DNA of 64,000 nt. Origin: a virus. Shown here piece after piece: positions 47,236 to 56,725 of the stretch (its first letter is position 1; each line of letters opens with the position of its first letter). A model generated the notes under the pieces. That model saw only the letters and a program-made list of their open reading frames with translations. It was not told the origin of the DNA and made no database searches. The DNA is taken from IMG/VR virus record IMGVR_UViG_3300046004_000518, positions 1 through 64,000 of that record. The stretch is one strand, 5' to 3'. Both the position numbers and the translations under genes were made by a program.

Positions 47236-47886
47236 TTATTCAATTCCGCGAGCTTGCTTGGATTGTACACCGTGCCATACTTCCTGATCTAACCAGTATT
47301 CATCTACGTGTTTAACATACTTGGCATTAGGATCACTGGATATAAATTTAAATATATCCGGATTAGCGTAGTCTATAGGAAAACTTAATAGTTTACTAAT
47401 ATATTTAAGGTAATGCTCGCGATGTAAAAATAATGCTTCGTTTGATAGGAAATGTATAGGAAAATCGCTGGTTAACAGCTGATTATAGTAGTATTCTTGC
47501 GCAATTGGTGTGGTTATTTCCTTACGCACTCGTAACTGTTGTTCTGCATTAATATTCATATCACGAGTGATAATAGCAATCTTAACATCTATCCCAAACC
47601 CACGTGCTTGTTGTGCTACTTCAAGTATTTTAGGAATATAACGTTGCCCATCGTAAAAGAAAGGACAGCTAACATTAGCTAGCCAATAATCCTTACCTTC
47701 AAATTGACCGGCAGTGAGACGCTCGGGGCGAACCCAATATTCAGCGAACGGTTCTAGGTCACTAGGTACCCAATATTTGTCTAGTAGACTCTTCCAACCA
47801 CCTACATTTGGATGTGTACTAAGAATACGGCTGAATAAATGATTGCCACTGCCTTGTGGCCCGGTGATGATTATTAATCGTTTCAT
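47236..47886 (-). CDS. P-loop/sulfotransferase-like protein (paralogue A)
   Basis: ITGPQGSGNHLFS. Confidence 0.65.
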   Translation of the reverse strand: MKRLIIITGPQGSGNHLFSRILSTHPNVGGWKSLLDKYWVPSDLEPFAEYWVRPERLTAGQFEGKDYWLANVSCPFFYDGQRYIPKILEVAQQARGFGIDVKIAIITRDMNINAEQQLRVRKEITTPIAQEYYYNQLLTSDFPIHFLSNEALFLHREHYLKYISKLLSFPIDYANPDIFKFISSDPNAKYVKHVDEYWLDQEVWHGVQSKQARGIE

Positions 47887-48521
47887 GGTTTAGTTTTAAA
47901 TGTTGTTCCAAATTTATTGCCGTTGTCTAATTCATTATAGTCGATGCTGTGTATGTATTTTGCATTAGCATCATCTGTTAATATTTCATCTATTCTAGGA
48001 TTATCATGTGCCACTGGTATATTAAGTTTTAAACTTTTTAAATAATCCTGTTTATATAGATACAATAGTTCATAACTTAAAAATGTTGGATTTGATAATT
48101 TAGGCAACTGCTCCAAGAACAATGGCAAGGTACTTTGTGTTCTAATGCGAGTTTGTTGAGTTGCGAGTATAGTTTGATCACGGCCAACTATAGCTAGCTC
48201 AACTTCAACTCCTTGTGCTAATACTGCGTCTTTGAAGCCTTGTACATCAGCAGTCCATATAGGATTAATGTCACTACCGATGATACCCAACGGTAAACTA
48301 ATACTAGTAAAATAATAGTCACTTTGATTCCAATCAAATTCAGCCAATAAACTATGATCCTTCCAATGCTTGGCGAATGGCTCTGCGAAACGATGTGCCT
48401 CCCAGTAGTTGTCTAATAGCGTTTTCCACCCATATACTTCTGGATGCAGGCTAAAGATCTTACTCCACAAATGGTTGCCAGCACCTTGCGGACCAGTCAA
48501 TATTAACATCTTCTTAGCCAT
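47883..48521 (-). CDS. P-loop/sulfotransferase-like protein (paralogue B)
   Basis: LTGPQGAGNHLWS; shares GWK.LLD.YW...EPFA and NAKY with paralogue A. Confidence 0.65.
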   Translation of the reverse strand: MAKKMLILTGPQGAGNHLWSKIFSLHPEVYGWKTLLDNYWEAHRFAEPFAKHWKDHSLLAEFDWNQSDYYFTSISLPLGIIGSDINPIWTADVQGFKDAVLAQGVEVELAIVGRDQTILATQQTRIRTQSTLPLFLEQLPKLSNPTFLSYELLYLYKQDYLKSLKLNIPVAHDNPRIDEILTDDANAKYIHSIDYNELDNGNKFGTTFKTKP

Positions 48522-49053
48522 ATAATACCTTTGCTAGATCGTCTAACAATATTCCCTCGGTCCTCTCTGGATGCCACACCAAGCCCCATATAGGTAAGTG
48601 ACTATGTTTAAATGCTTCAACAGTGCCATCATGGGGGCAAGTTGCTATGGATACTAAGTCAATCCCCAATCTGCCAATACTATTAGTATGATGACTATTT
48701 ACATAGTTTATATTACCATCGATTTCAATTTCGTGCGCAGTATTGTTGTGTCCATCGACAGGCAGGTTGACGCCACTGTGAAATTCATTAATGAAAAACG
48801 CACCGTGGCATACTCCTAATATAGGTATTCCTTTTAATAAGGCAATATTGTAGTACATTGTTTCTGTGTGGGTACGGTTTGGTGTTGCATCACCACCTGA
48901 CAGAATTAACATATCGAAATCAAGAGGAATATTCGATACATTGGGTATAGGCTCTATATCGCAGTGATTTAATAACCCATACCAACCATGTTCTAAACAG
49001 TCATATGTAATGTTATTGTGTACTATTTCACGTTGTGAGATTGCTATTTTCAT
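48514..49053 (-). CDS. class I glutamine amidotransferase / peptidase C26
   Basis: LSGG, PILGVCHG, VNSHH and WHPER motifs. Confidence 0.85.
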   Translation of the reverse strand: MKIAISQREIVHNNITYDCLEHGWYGLLNHCDIEPIPNVSNIPLDFDMLILSGGDATPNRTHTETMYYNIALLKGIPILGVCHGAFFINEFHSGVNLPVDGHNNTAHEIEIDGNINYVNSHHTNSIGRLGIDLVSIATCPHDGTVEAFKHSHLPIWGLVWHPERTEGILLDDLAKVLYG

Positions 49054-49280
49054 TTGTAGTATGCAAAGTAGATTAACCCAGCAATAATCATAAAGATCTG
49101 TGGTAAGAAGTTAGTGATTAAACTTTTCTCATTCCACTTAAATCCCACATACACCCATCCACTGGCACCGATAATTTGCAAGATGCTATTCCATGGAGTA
49201 ATGCCTAAAATATGCAAAGGCATAGCACATAGAATCATTGTTGCCGAGAACCACTTGACTATTTGTGTATAATCTTTCAT
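49050..49280 (-). CDS. small membrane protein
   Basis: 76 aa, 3 TM segments. Confidence 0.7.
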   Translation of the reverse strand: MKDYTQIVKWFSATMILCAMPLHILGITPWNSILQIIGASGWVYVGFKWNEKSLITNFLPQIFMIIAGLIYFAYYK

Positions 49281-49295
49281 TGAAATCCTAGAGGT

Positions 49296-49324
49296 AAAAA
49301 AAGGGACCTAAGTCCCTTTTATTT
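49296..49324 (-). terminator. intrinsic terminator
   Basis: aaaagggac-cta-agtcccctttt-type hairpin (GGGAC/GTCCC stem) with a T-tract on the minus strand. Confidence 0.7.
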
Positions 49325-49341
49325 GAAACTTATACTATTAA

Positions 49342-50037
49342 TTATGCGCCGTAAGCGTCAGCAATTAATTTTGCAGCTTCGGGCAATGCTGTTGTGTTCA
49401 TGCATGATACAGCAAACAAGTCCATGCGCATTGTACGTGCAATTTCTTCAACACGTGCTTGTGCATCAGCATCTGTTGCTAACAATTCTAATGAACGTGC
49501 ACCAATGTTACTGTGGAAGCCTTCATCTTTAGCAATTTTAGCATAGGTTGTTGAGATGAATTCGTCTTGAATACAGTCAGCCATTTTGTTCCATACACGT
49601 TCTGCACGACCTTCAGCAATGAACTGATATGCAGCAAGTGCTAGTGGATCTTGTTGTGCTTCGTACTTAGCTAACAATGCAGCACCTTTAGCAGTTGGGT
49701 TAGCTTCTTCGTTAGCAATTGCAGCCGCAACGTCTAATTTCTCACCAGTCATGTGTTCGATAACATCACGCACCATACGGAAGTGATTGGCTTCATCTAA
49801 TGCTTGTTTGCTAATTAACGCACAATATTCTGCTGTTGCATCTGCAGGCATATTAGCAACTTTATTAGCAATCTCTACCATGTTCATACGTTCGTTAACC
49901 ATACGACCAACAAAGTGTGTTACTAATTGCTCTTGTGTTGGGTTACTGTTGAAATATGCTTCAACTTGCATTTCACTTGCTTGAAATAGTGCTTCGTTGT
50001 CTTGTGCCATTTTAGCAACAAATTGTTTTGAGTTCAT
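49342..50037 (-). CDS. ferritin-like di-iron protein
   Basis: DEANH and DEGFH (ExxH pair) plus E in helices 1 and 3; strong RBS and terminator. Confidence 0.8.
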   Translation of the reverse strand: MNSKQFVAKMAQDNEALFQASEMQVEAYFNSNPTQEQLVTHFVGRMVNERMNMVEIANKVANMPADATAEYCALISKQALDEANHFRMVRDVIEHMTGEKLDVAAAIANEEANPTAKGAALLAKYEAQQDPLALAAYQFIAEGRAERVWNKMADCIQDEFISTTYAKIAKDEGFHSNIGARSLELLATDADAQARVEEIARTMRMDLFAVSCMNTTALPEAAKLIADAYGA

Positions 50038-50058
50038 TTTATTATCCTTTTAATAACG

Positions 50059-50643
50059 TTATTTTTTAATTAATGTAACTAATATATCTGGCCAGACGTT
50101 AGTTACATTAATGTCTGCGTCGAAATTATCTTTAATCCACCCGGATGTAAAGTACTCCCACTTACAGTTATTTATCATTCCGAATTCCAAAATAGCTTTG
50201 TTTTGTGCTGAAATTTCTGCCAACATGCCTACACTATCCTTGTAAGCATTGTAGCACGGGTATTTAATTTGAAATCCACCAGCTTCGTGCCACCATGCAT
50301 AGCTTGTCATATCTGGACGGTACACTAACATAATCCACGCATCTGAGAATGTATCTTTAATTTCGTGTAACTTGTATGCCCAATCGTGACTCTTAACTAA
50401 CTTAGTACCGCCATCTGCGGTCCATGCACTGTTTATGTGCGCTGCATCTAACGTAGTTTCAAACTCCATACTGCGACCAAAGTATGCACCAACATGTCCT
50501 GTGTAACTGTGATGACTGTATGTACGTGCAGGAGTACGGTCACTGGTATTCATGTTAGGCATTGACTCTAACACCTGTGCTATGCCACTCCATCGTGATC
50601 CGGGTACGCCTGTAAAAAATATGTGATTAGGTAATTTGCTCAT
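50059..50643 (-). CDS. P-loop/sulfotransferase-like hypothetical protein
   Basis: FTGVPGSRWS, VKSH; start at MSKLPNH. Confidence 0.65.
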   Translation of the reverse strand: MSKLPNHIFFTGVPGSRWSGIAQVLESMPNMNTSDRTPARTYSHHSYTGHVGAYFGRSMEFETTLDAAHINSAWTADGGTKLVKSHDWAYKLHEIKDTFSDAWIMLVYRPDMTSYAWWHEAGGFQIKYPCYNAYKDSVGMLAEISAQNKAILEFGMINNCKWEYFTSGWIKDNFDADINVTNVWPDILVTLIKK

Positions 50644-50655
50644 ATAAGTAATTAT

Positions 50656-51171
50656 ATGAATCAAACAGCACTTAATAATTATTTTGGTACCACGTGGCAA
50701 TCAAATTTAAAACAATACACATACTCCGGGTGGGCATTAGTTGATAAAATTAACCCCAACGAATTAGTATTAGATGTGGGCTGTGGATTCAATGAGTTTA
50801 AATCTCGTATACCCAATCTTGTAGGTATCGATCCTGCAAACGACAAAGCCGATTTTAAACTACCTATAGAATATTTTAGAAATGATATAAAGTTTGATGT
50901 AGCATTTTGTCTAGGTAGCATTAACTTTGGTAAAGAAATTAATATAGTCAATCAGATTAGACATGTAGTTGCATGTCTCAAGCCTAAAAGTAGAATCTAC
51001 TGGCGTTGCAATCCTGGCCTAGCTGATCATAACAATGAAGAATGTAAAGAGATAGACTTTTATCCATGGACTATAGAAAAACATGTAGAGTTTGCTGAAT
51101 TATTTGGTTATAAGCTAACAGTTGCTAGATGGGACACTGGTAATAGAATTTATGCAGAGTGGATCTCTTAG
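50656..51171 (+). CDS. class I SAM-dependent methyltransferase
   Basis: VLDVGCG, VGID and FDVAFCLGS motifs. Confidence 0.8.
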   Translation: MNQTALNNYFGTTWQSNLKQYTYSGWALVDKINPNELVLDVGCGFNEFKSRIPNLVGIDPANDKADFKLPIEYFRNDIKFDVAFCLGSINFGKEINIVNQIRHVVACLKPKSRIYWRCNPGLADHNNEECKEIDFYPWTIEKHVEFAELFGYKLTVARWDTGNRIYAEWIS

Positions 51172-51478
51172 CTCAGTATTTAGTAATTAAATCTCAAACA
51201 TAACTGTGTACTTTCAACCATTTTCTTATAGTTAAATAAATTTAACATAGGAGGACAAGCGATACATAAATCAGCATAAGTTTAATAAATTGTATACTCA
51301 GACGACAATGGTTTTAATACACTGACACTACAAGAAGGCATATTCAGACAGTCTCAATTAAACTCTGCACTACTGTATTCACAACTACAATAATAAATTC
51401 GACCAACCTTTAATTAACAGTGGCGCAACATTTACCACACCGCATGATTAATAACTAATTAACTAACAATGGTGGACT

Positions 51479-52258
51479 ATGACAAAACGCAGAAGCAATA
51501 CAACTACAAAAGCACGTGAATTCGTAAGATTTATAGATAGTAACCCGATACCAATACCAACAGCATATAACCAAAAGAAATTTTCAAGTTTTGATTTAGT
51601 AAATGTAAGCCCAAAAACAACAAACCAACAAAAAGTTTTTGATATGTGGAATGAAGATTATTCCATGATATTAGCTGGGTCCGCCGGATCAGGTAAGAGT
51701 TTTATTGCATTATATCTTTCATTGTCTGATGTACTTGATAAGGTTAATGGATATGAAAAAATAATTATTGTACGTAGTGCAGTTCAGGCTCGAGAGCAGG
51801 GGTATGTACCTGGTACACAAGAAGAAAAGAATGCAATTTACGAATTGCCCTATACACAACTGTTTAATGATTTATTTAGAAAAACAAACCAGTATAGATT
51901 CTTAAAAGAAGCAGGCATTGTAGAATTTCACACTACTGGTAACATTCGTGGTGTAACATGGGATAATAGTATTGTTATCTTTGATGAATTTCAAAATGCT
52001 AACTACGAAGAACTTTCAACAGTGGCAACCCGTGTTGGTCAACACTCTAAACTTATTTACTGTGGCGATATTGCACAAAACGACCTACATCGTAAAAAGA
52101 ATGACATCAGTGGCTTTGCTAAATTTGTGAAGATTGCCGAAATGATACCATCATTTCGTAGTGTCTACTTCAATCATGACGATATTGTACGTAGTGGATT
52201 TGTTCGTGAATTTATCATTGCTGAGGAAATGTGGAACGAAGCTAATCCGAATGGGTAA
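51479..52258 (+). CDS. phoH: PhoH-family ATPase
   Basis: GSAGSGKS, GYVPG, RGVTW, DEFQN, TRVG, GDIAQND and DIVRSG motifs. Confidence 0.92.
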   Translation: MTKRRSNTTTKAREFVRFIDSNPIPIPTAYNQKKFSSFDLVNVSPKTTNQQKVFDMWNEDYSMILAGSAGSGKSFIALYLSLSDVLDKVNGYEKIIIVRSAVQAREQGYVPGTQEEKNAIYELPYTQLFNDLFRKTNQYRFLKEAGIVEFHTTGNIRGVTWDNSIVIFDEFQNANYEELSTVATRVGQHSKLIYCGDIAQNDLHRKKNDISGFAKFVKIAEMIPSFRSVYFNHDDIVRSGFVREFIIAEEMWNEANPNG

Positions 52259-52841
52259 TTAACTCAAAGATTTCTTTCCAGTTTTTAACTACAGGATATG
52301 GGCACTCATGATGCATGTTGTGCCCATGTTCGAACAATATTGATTTTAACCCAATTGCATGCCCTAAGTCTGCATTTTCGGGCTTGTCTTCAACCCACCA
52401 GAGACCACTATCTCTGTACTTCTCAAGTGCTTCGTGTTTATCTGCACCAGTATCTAAGCACACAATCTCATCAAATGTATTAGCACCAAATAACTTATTA
52501 AGATTCATTGCACGTAACTTTTGCGCATTAACATCTTTGCTTATGCTAGTGATACAGTTAAACACATAGCCATATTCTTCATGTAAGCGTTTAACATAGT
52601 ACACAGCGTCACGCAATGCGGGTACAAAGCCCATAGCCGCACTTTCATTAAACAAGCGTACTAACTTCTTACTTTCATCATGCTCGAGATCATTGTACAT
52701 TAAGTGAATGTAGTATGTTAGCTTTGCATCTTCTTTAAGCACATATCCACGTTCTTGCATCCACACACGAAACGCCCATTCCCAATCGAGCAAACAACCG
52801 TCGACATCAGTTAATATTATTTTTTTACCTTTATAATCCAT
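52242..52841 (-). CDS. HAD-family 5'-nucleotidase/phosphatase
   Basis: LTDVDGCL, ITS, K and VEDK motifs. Confidence 0.8.
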   Translation of the reverse strand: MDYKGKKIILTDVDGCLLDWEWAFRVWMQERGYVLKEDAKLTYYIHLMYNDLEHDESKKLVRLFNESAAMGFVPALRDAVYYVKRLHEEYGYVFNCITSISKDVNAQKLRAMNLNKLFGANTFDEIVCLDTGADKHEALEKYRDSGLWWVEDKPENADLGHAIGLKSILFEHGHNMHHECPYPVVKNWKEIFELITHSD

Positions 52842-52878
52842 AATTACCCAATCTAGTAGTACATTGATAAATAAGTAT

Positions 52879-53550
52879 ATGTTCATACAAAACAAATACA
52901 CTAAAACTTATTATAACATAATTAATCGAGCTAAGTCAAGAGCAATTGACGGTTATACTGAAACACACCATATCATTCCCAGATCACTTGGTGGCGACAA
53001 TAATATCGACAACTTAGTAAAATTAACTGCACGTGAACATTTTATTTGTCATCTATTATTACCTAAGATGACAACTGGTGCAAACTATCAAAAAATGTTG
53101 TATGCGTACACTATAATGTCCGGGCGCACTCTATACAATGCTAAGAAGTATGAATTCTATAGAAAAGAATATACTGTAATTAATAGCATACTTAGAACAG
53201 GATCAGGTAATGGTATGTTTGGCGCTGATAGAAGTGGTATGAAAAATACATTTTTTGGCAAGACTCATAGTGAAGAAACTAAACGAAAAATATCAATTGC
53301 AAAAACAGGTGTCAGTACGATCATGCCACCATTCTCGCTCGAACATAAAAGAAATTTAAGTCGTGCAATGCAGGGACGTAATGCTGTAACATATAATTTT
53401 GTGCATGACGAGCACGGTAACTTTACAGGTACTATTCAGGCATTGATAAAACATTATCCCGACACATTTACTAAAAAATATCACAATGCAGAGATATGGA
53501 AACTTACGGCTGGACTTTACAAATCATGTAAGGGCTGGAAGTTGCTATAA
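52879..53550 (+). mobile_element. free-standing HNH homing endonuclease with NUMOD3 motif
   Basis: ETHHIIPRSLGGDN...NLVKLTAREHFICH; FFGKTHSEETKRKIS; antisense to neighbours; TAAATA at 52868-52873. Confidence 0.85.
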
Positions 53551-53865
53551 AAGATACTTGTCGCTAGGAATACTAGGAGTTTTGACGCTTATTATAGTGG
53601 TTTCTTCGAGATATTCAGATTGACTAATATCATTAGGGTATAATATATAACCCTCACCTGGACCAAATAATTTTCCATTGGTTAATACTTTACCAGATAC
53701 TATTAAAGTAATTTCTGTTATCTCGGTGTGATAATGGCTAGCACATTGACCACGAGGATTAGTCTGTACGCCAACTTCAAACTCTTTGGTACGGAATACA
53801 GCTTCAGCAAAATCTCCAATAAACCAGCCACGGGCGCCGGATTCAGATAATTTAAATTCCTTCAT
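53545..53865 (-). CDS. cupin-fold protein
   Basis: GWFIGDF, HYH...EIT...SG and VKTPS motifs. Confidence 0.7.
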   Translation of the reverse strand: MKEFKLSESGARGWFIGDFAEAVFRTKEFEVGVQTNPRGQCASHYHTEITEITLIVSGKVLTNGKLFGPGEGYILYPNDISQSEYLEETTIISVKTPSIPSDKYLL

Positions 53866-54157
53866 TTAAATTATTCACTGCATCATCAATATATTCAGCG
53901 TAGCCATCATAATAGTGTGTGAATAGCTCTTCGAAATTATTGGCATTTTTGAAGGTGTTTTTAATGATTTTAGCTTCGGTTAGGTTCAAAATCACTTGGT
54001 TTACAAGCTGTTTGTTATGTAATCCGCGGGTGATGTACACTTGCTCTTCATATTCAATATTAGCAGGATCTTTCATATAACCTGCTTTATGAGTCTGTTT
54101 AGGATCTTTAGGTTGCCCTGTGTACTTGGCAATTAGGTAAATGCTTAGGTCTGCCAT
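53852..54157 (-). CDS. hypothetical protein
   Basis: 101-aa ORF coupled to the clamp loader. Confidence 0.7.
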   Translation of the reverse strand: MADLSIYLIAKYTGQPKDPKQTHKAGYMKDPANIEYEEQVYITRGLHNKQLVNQVILNLTEAKIIKNTFKNANNFEELFTHYYDGYAEYIDDAVNNLNEGI

Positions 54158-55080
54158 TATTGTGATACCTGACTTAGTTCAATCATCATTGCCGATAGGT
54201 TAATTTCGTGATCTGCAACAAGTGGTGCGTTAACTGCGGCCTTACGAATAATTAGTATTGCTTCGTCTTGCCCTTCGTCTGTCTTAGACCATAAACTTAA
54301 ATTGTTATATGCCCAAGAAATAATTTCTTCCATTTCTTCTGGACGAGCTTGTTCACATAACAGTTTACGTGCTTCACGAATTTTACCATGTTTAAACAAA
54401 TCAATCATAGCAAGTTTGTAATCACTTGTACCCGTGCCTGTTTCGTTTGGTGCTTTGAGTACATTATCTGTACTGTTCATTTGTAACAAGTTTAGGCACT
54501 TACGTAAATCTGGATAGGTTGCTTTAACATAGCTGTCCAATGTATCTAAGTCAAACTCTACACCTTCTGTTACTAACACAGTGGCCGCACGTGCTGTAAA
54601 CTCTGTGTGATCAACTTTCTCGATATGAAAACCTTGACAACGACTGTGTAGCGCAGGAATAATCTTGTGCGGATAGTTACAGGTCATAATAAAACGTGCT
54701 GTATCACTATATGTTTCCATTAGCCCACGCAACACTGCCTGCGCACCTGGTGATAAGTAATCAGCTTCATCTAACAGGACAATTTTAAACTTGCCAAACG
54801 GCATTGTACTAACAAAGCCTTCGATGCGTGTTCTAATAAAGTCTACACCATTATCACGTGACGCATTGATTTGTAAAATATCATACTCGTCAATGTTTAA
54901 CGCTGTAATAAGAATCTTTGCTAGTGTTGTTTTACCGATACCAGCCGAACCACTGAATAGTAAGTGAGGTATTGCACCTTCCTTAATCCATTGTTTAACT
55001 TGTTCACGTTGTGCTTCGTCGCGAAACACATAACCGTCTACGTCTTTAGGACGGTATGCTTCTACCCATAATTGTTTCAT
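54157..55080 (-). CDS. clamp loader ATPase subunit (RFC small / T4 gp44-like)
   Basis: LWVEAYRP, GSAGIGKTT, INAS, LDEAD and SRC motifs. Confidence 0.92.
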   Translation of the reverse strand: MKQLWVEAYRPKDVDGYVFRDEAQREQVKQWIKEGAIPHLLFSGSAGIGKTTLAKILITALNIDEYDILQINASRDNGVDFIRTRIEGFVSTMPFGKFKIVLLDEADYLSPGAQAVLRGLMETYSDTARFIMTCNYPHKIIPALHSRCQGFHIEKVDHTEFTARAATVLVTEGVEFDLDTLDSYVKATYPDLRKCLNLLQMNSTDNVLKAPNETGTGTSDYKLAMIDLFKHGKIREARKLLCEQARPEEMEEIISWAYNNLSLWSKTDEGQDEAILIIRKAAVNAPLVADHEINLSAMMIELSQVSQ

Positions 55081-55241
55081 TGATCGCCTTTGGCTGTTGA
55101 TGGTTTAAATGGACTGTTGAGAGTGGACAATTCGTCGGCTATTCTGCGCATATCTATGCTTAATTTGCATTGCCCAAATGCTTCTTCAACTTTTCTTGCT
55201 AGATTATGTTGGTCAATTATTACTTGATCTAAATCGTTCAC
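55077..55241 (-). CDS. 54-aa hypothetical protein
   Basis: Below cutoff: GTG start, MNDLDQVIIDQHNLARKVE...MRRIADELS; overlaps both neighbours by 4 nt. Confidence 0.6.
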   Translation of the reverse strand: MNDLDQVIIDQHNLARKVEEAFGQCKLSIDMRRIADELSTLNSPFKPSTAKGDQ

Positions 55242-55396
55242 ACTAATTCCTCTACGATTCCTAATATTTCTGCCAGGATAAACAAAACCCCAGCACTTAC
55301 TAACATATTAGCACATAAAAAGCCGCCTGCCAATATGCGCAGGCCACTTTTGGCAAAACTAACTACTTGATGTTTCCACGGATCTGGATGTTGCAT
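55238..55396 (-). CDS. 52-aa membrane protein
   Basis: Below cutoff: MQHPDPWKHQVVSFAKSGLRI...AEILGIVEELV. Confidence 0.65.
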   Translation of the reverse strand: MQHPDPWKHQVVSFAKSGLRILAGGFLCANMLVSAGVLFILAEILGIVEELV

Positions 55397-55752
55397 TATG
55401 TTAACCCTCTTCCAATAATTTCGTCTACAGTTGGTGTATCTCTAACTAATAAAATATCATTATGATCGATTCTGCGTAAGGTATGTTCACCGTCTGCATC
55501 TTCGATTTCGATTCCACGTGTCCAACGTCCATGTTTAACTAAAACATATTGTCCGACTTGTACATCTTTTTGGCGATTACCGATAGCATATACTCGACCC
55601 CATCGTGCATGTATACCTTCTAACTTGCCGTCTGTGTTTTGTATAATAATACCACTAGTAGTAACACGTTGATCAAAATTCATATCAGTTACCAGCACGT
55701 GATCTTGCAGTGCTCTAATCTTGTTTATTTTGTGTGCTTCAAATGCGGCCAT
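55396..55752 (-). CDS. groES: GroES-like co-chaperonin
   Basis: IRALQDHVLV...TTSGIII...GRVYAIG...VQVGQYVL...DILLV. Confidence 0.85.
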   Translation of the reverse strand: MAAFEAHKINKIRALQDHVLVTDMNFDQRVTTSGIIIQNTDGKLEGIHARWGRVYAIGNRQKDVQVGQYVLVKHGRWTRGIEIEDADGEHTLRRIDHNDILLVRDTPTVDEIIGRGLT

Positions 55753-55761
55753 AATATTCCT

Positions 55762-56184
55762 TTAAATTCTTCTAATACCCGGAGTAGGATCCGATAATGG
55801 AGTTAATAATTCTTGTTTAACTTCGGTGTCGCTAGCAATTGCGCCAGCAAAACTACCACGTGGTTTACTAGTCGATGCAGCGACAGGTGCACTGCTTGTA
55901 ATTGGCACGTCTTTTGCTGTTGGCTGTACAAGTTTAGTGGGTGCCGGAGCTGTATTTGACGAGCTATCGGATATAATATCATTATCCTGTGATGCTACTG
56001 GTGTATTTAATTTATGATATTCCTGCATTATTTGACTGCGAGTTTTTACAATTTGACCTCCTGCACCTAACTCATCGCCACGTGCATTAGTTTTCATATT
56101 GCCTACTGCAATTACATTTTCATTTGCCACACGAAGAGAGTCGATGTCGATCGCTTTCCCCATTGCTGTTTTATATGTTGCCAT
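55762..56184 (-). CDS. hypothetical protein
   Basis: YKTAMGK...AVGNMKTNARGDELG; AGGAG RBS; TAAATA at 56210-56215. Confidence 0.75.
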   Translation of the reverse strand: MATYKTAMGKAIDIDSLRVANENVIAVGNMKTNARGDELGAGGQIVKTRSQIMQEYHKLNTPVASQDNDIISDSSSNTAPAPTKLVQPTAKDVPITSSAPVAASTSKPRGSFAGAIASDTEVKQELLTPLSDPTPGIRRI

Positions 56185-56212
56185 ATCTTTCTCCTATTAT
56201 ACGTGTACTTAT

Positions 56213-56725
56213 TTACTTTAAGAATTCTGTGATGTCAAGTTGATAGTGCAAGGAGTCAATTTTATGCACGCCTAACAAGAACAATACATAACTTGCCACA
56301 CTCGATCCACGTCCAACACCCCAAACTAATTTATTCTTACGTAATGTATCCACAAGATATTTTAAATAACGTAATAGGTTAAACAAATCACGTTCTTGAT
56401 ATAATAATAACTCTTGTGCTACACGCTGTAATTCGTAGTCTTCTCGACATAAACTTAGAATGTATTCTGCGATATCTAATTCTTTATAATCATCGGGCAT
56501 GTGCCACTGTGACTGCATAGCATCATCATACTTGTCTACGGGCATACGTTTACTAGTATACAATCCTAGTTTGTTTATTTCGGCATGCAGTGCATCAACA
56601 CTACTATTGAACTCATCAGGATCTTCAACTTGAAATAAATTAATATTTAAATCAGGTTTGGTATATAATAGGTCACACAATTCTTTTGTGTCTGTGTAAC
56701 CTTGACCGTATTCATCGTACTTCAT
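56213..56725 (-). CDS. DNA polymerase III alpha-like fragment protein
   Basis: RV..EL...WGVGRGSSVASYVLFLLGVHKID...L.ITEFL matches part of DnaE; stops before PDIDxD. Confidence 0.75.
   Translation of the reverse strand: MKYDEYGQGYTDTKELCDLLYTKPDLNINLFQVEDPDEFNSSVDALHAEINKLGLYTSKRMPVDKYDDAMQSQWHMPDDYKELDIAEYILSLCREDYELQRVAQELLLYQERDLFNLLRYLKYLVDTLRKNKLVWGVGRGSSVASYVLFLLGVHKIDSLHYQLDITEFLK

Noticed and set aside
546-52901. Longest-ORF starts in the track (1763, 2352, 14545, 43337, 46741, 50700, 52901)
   Set aside because: They overlap upstream genes or promoters. Downstream ATGs with stop-start coupling or promoter spacing fit better.
52842-53550. Group I intron hosting the HNH gene
   Set aside because: The flanking genes are complete and there is no room or visible core structure for an intron.
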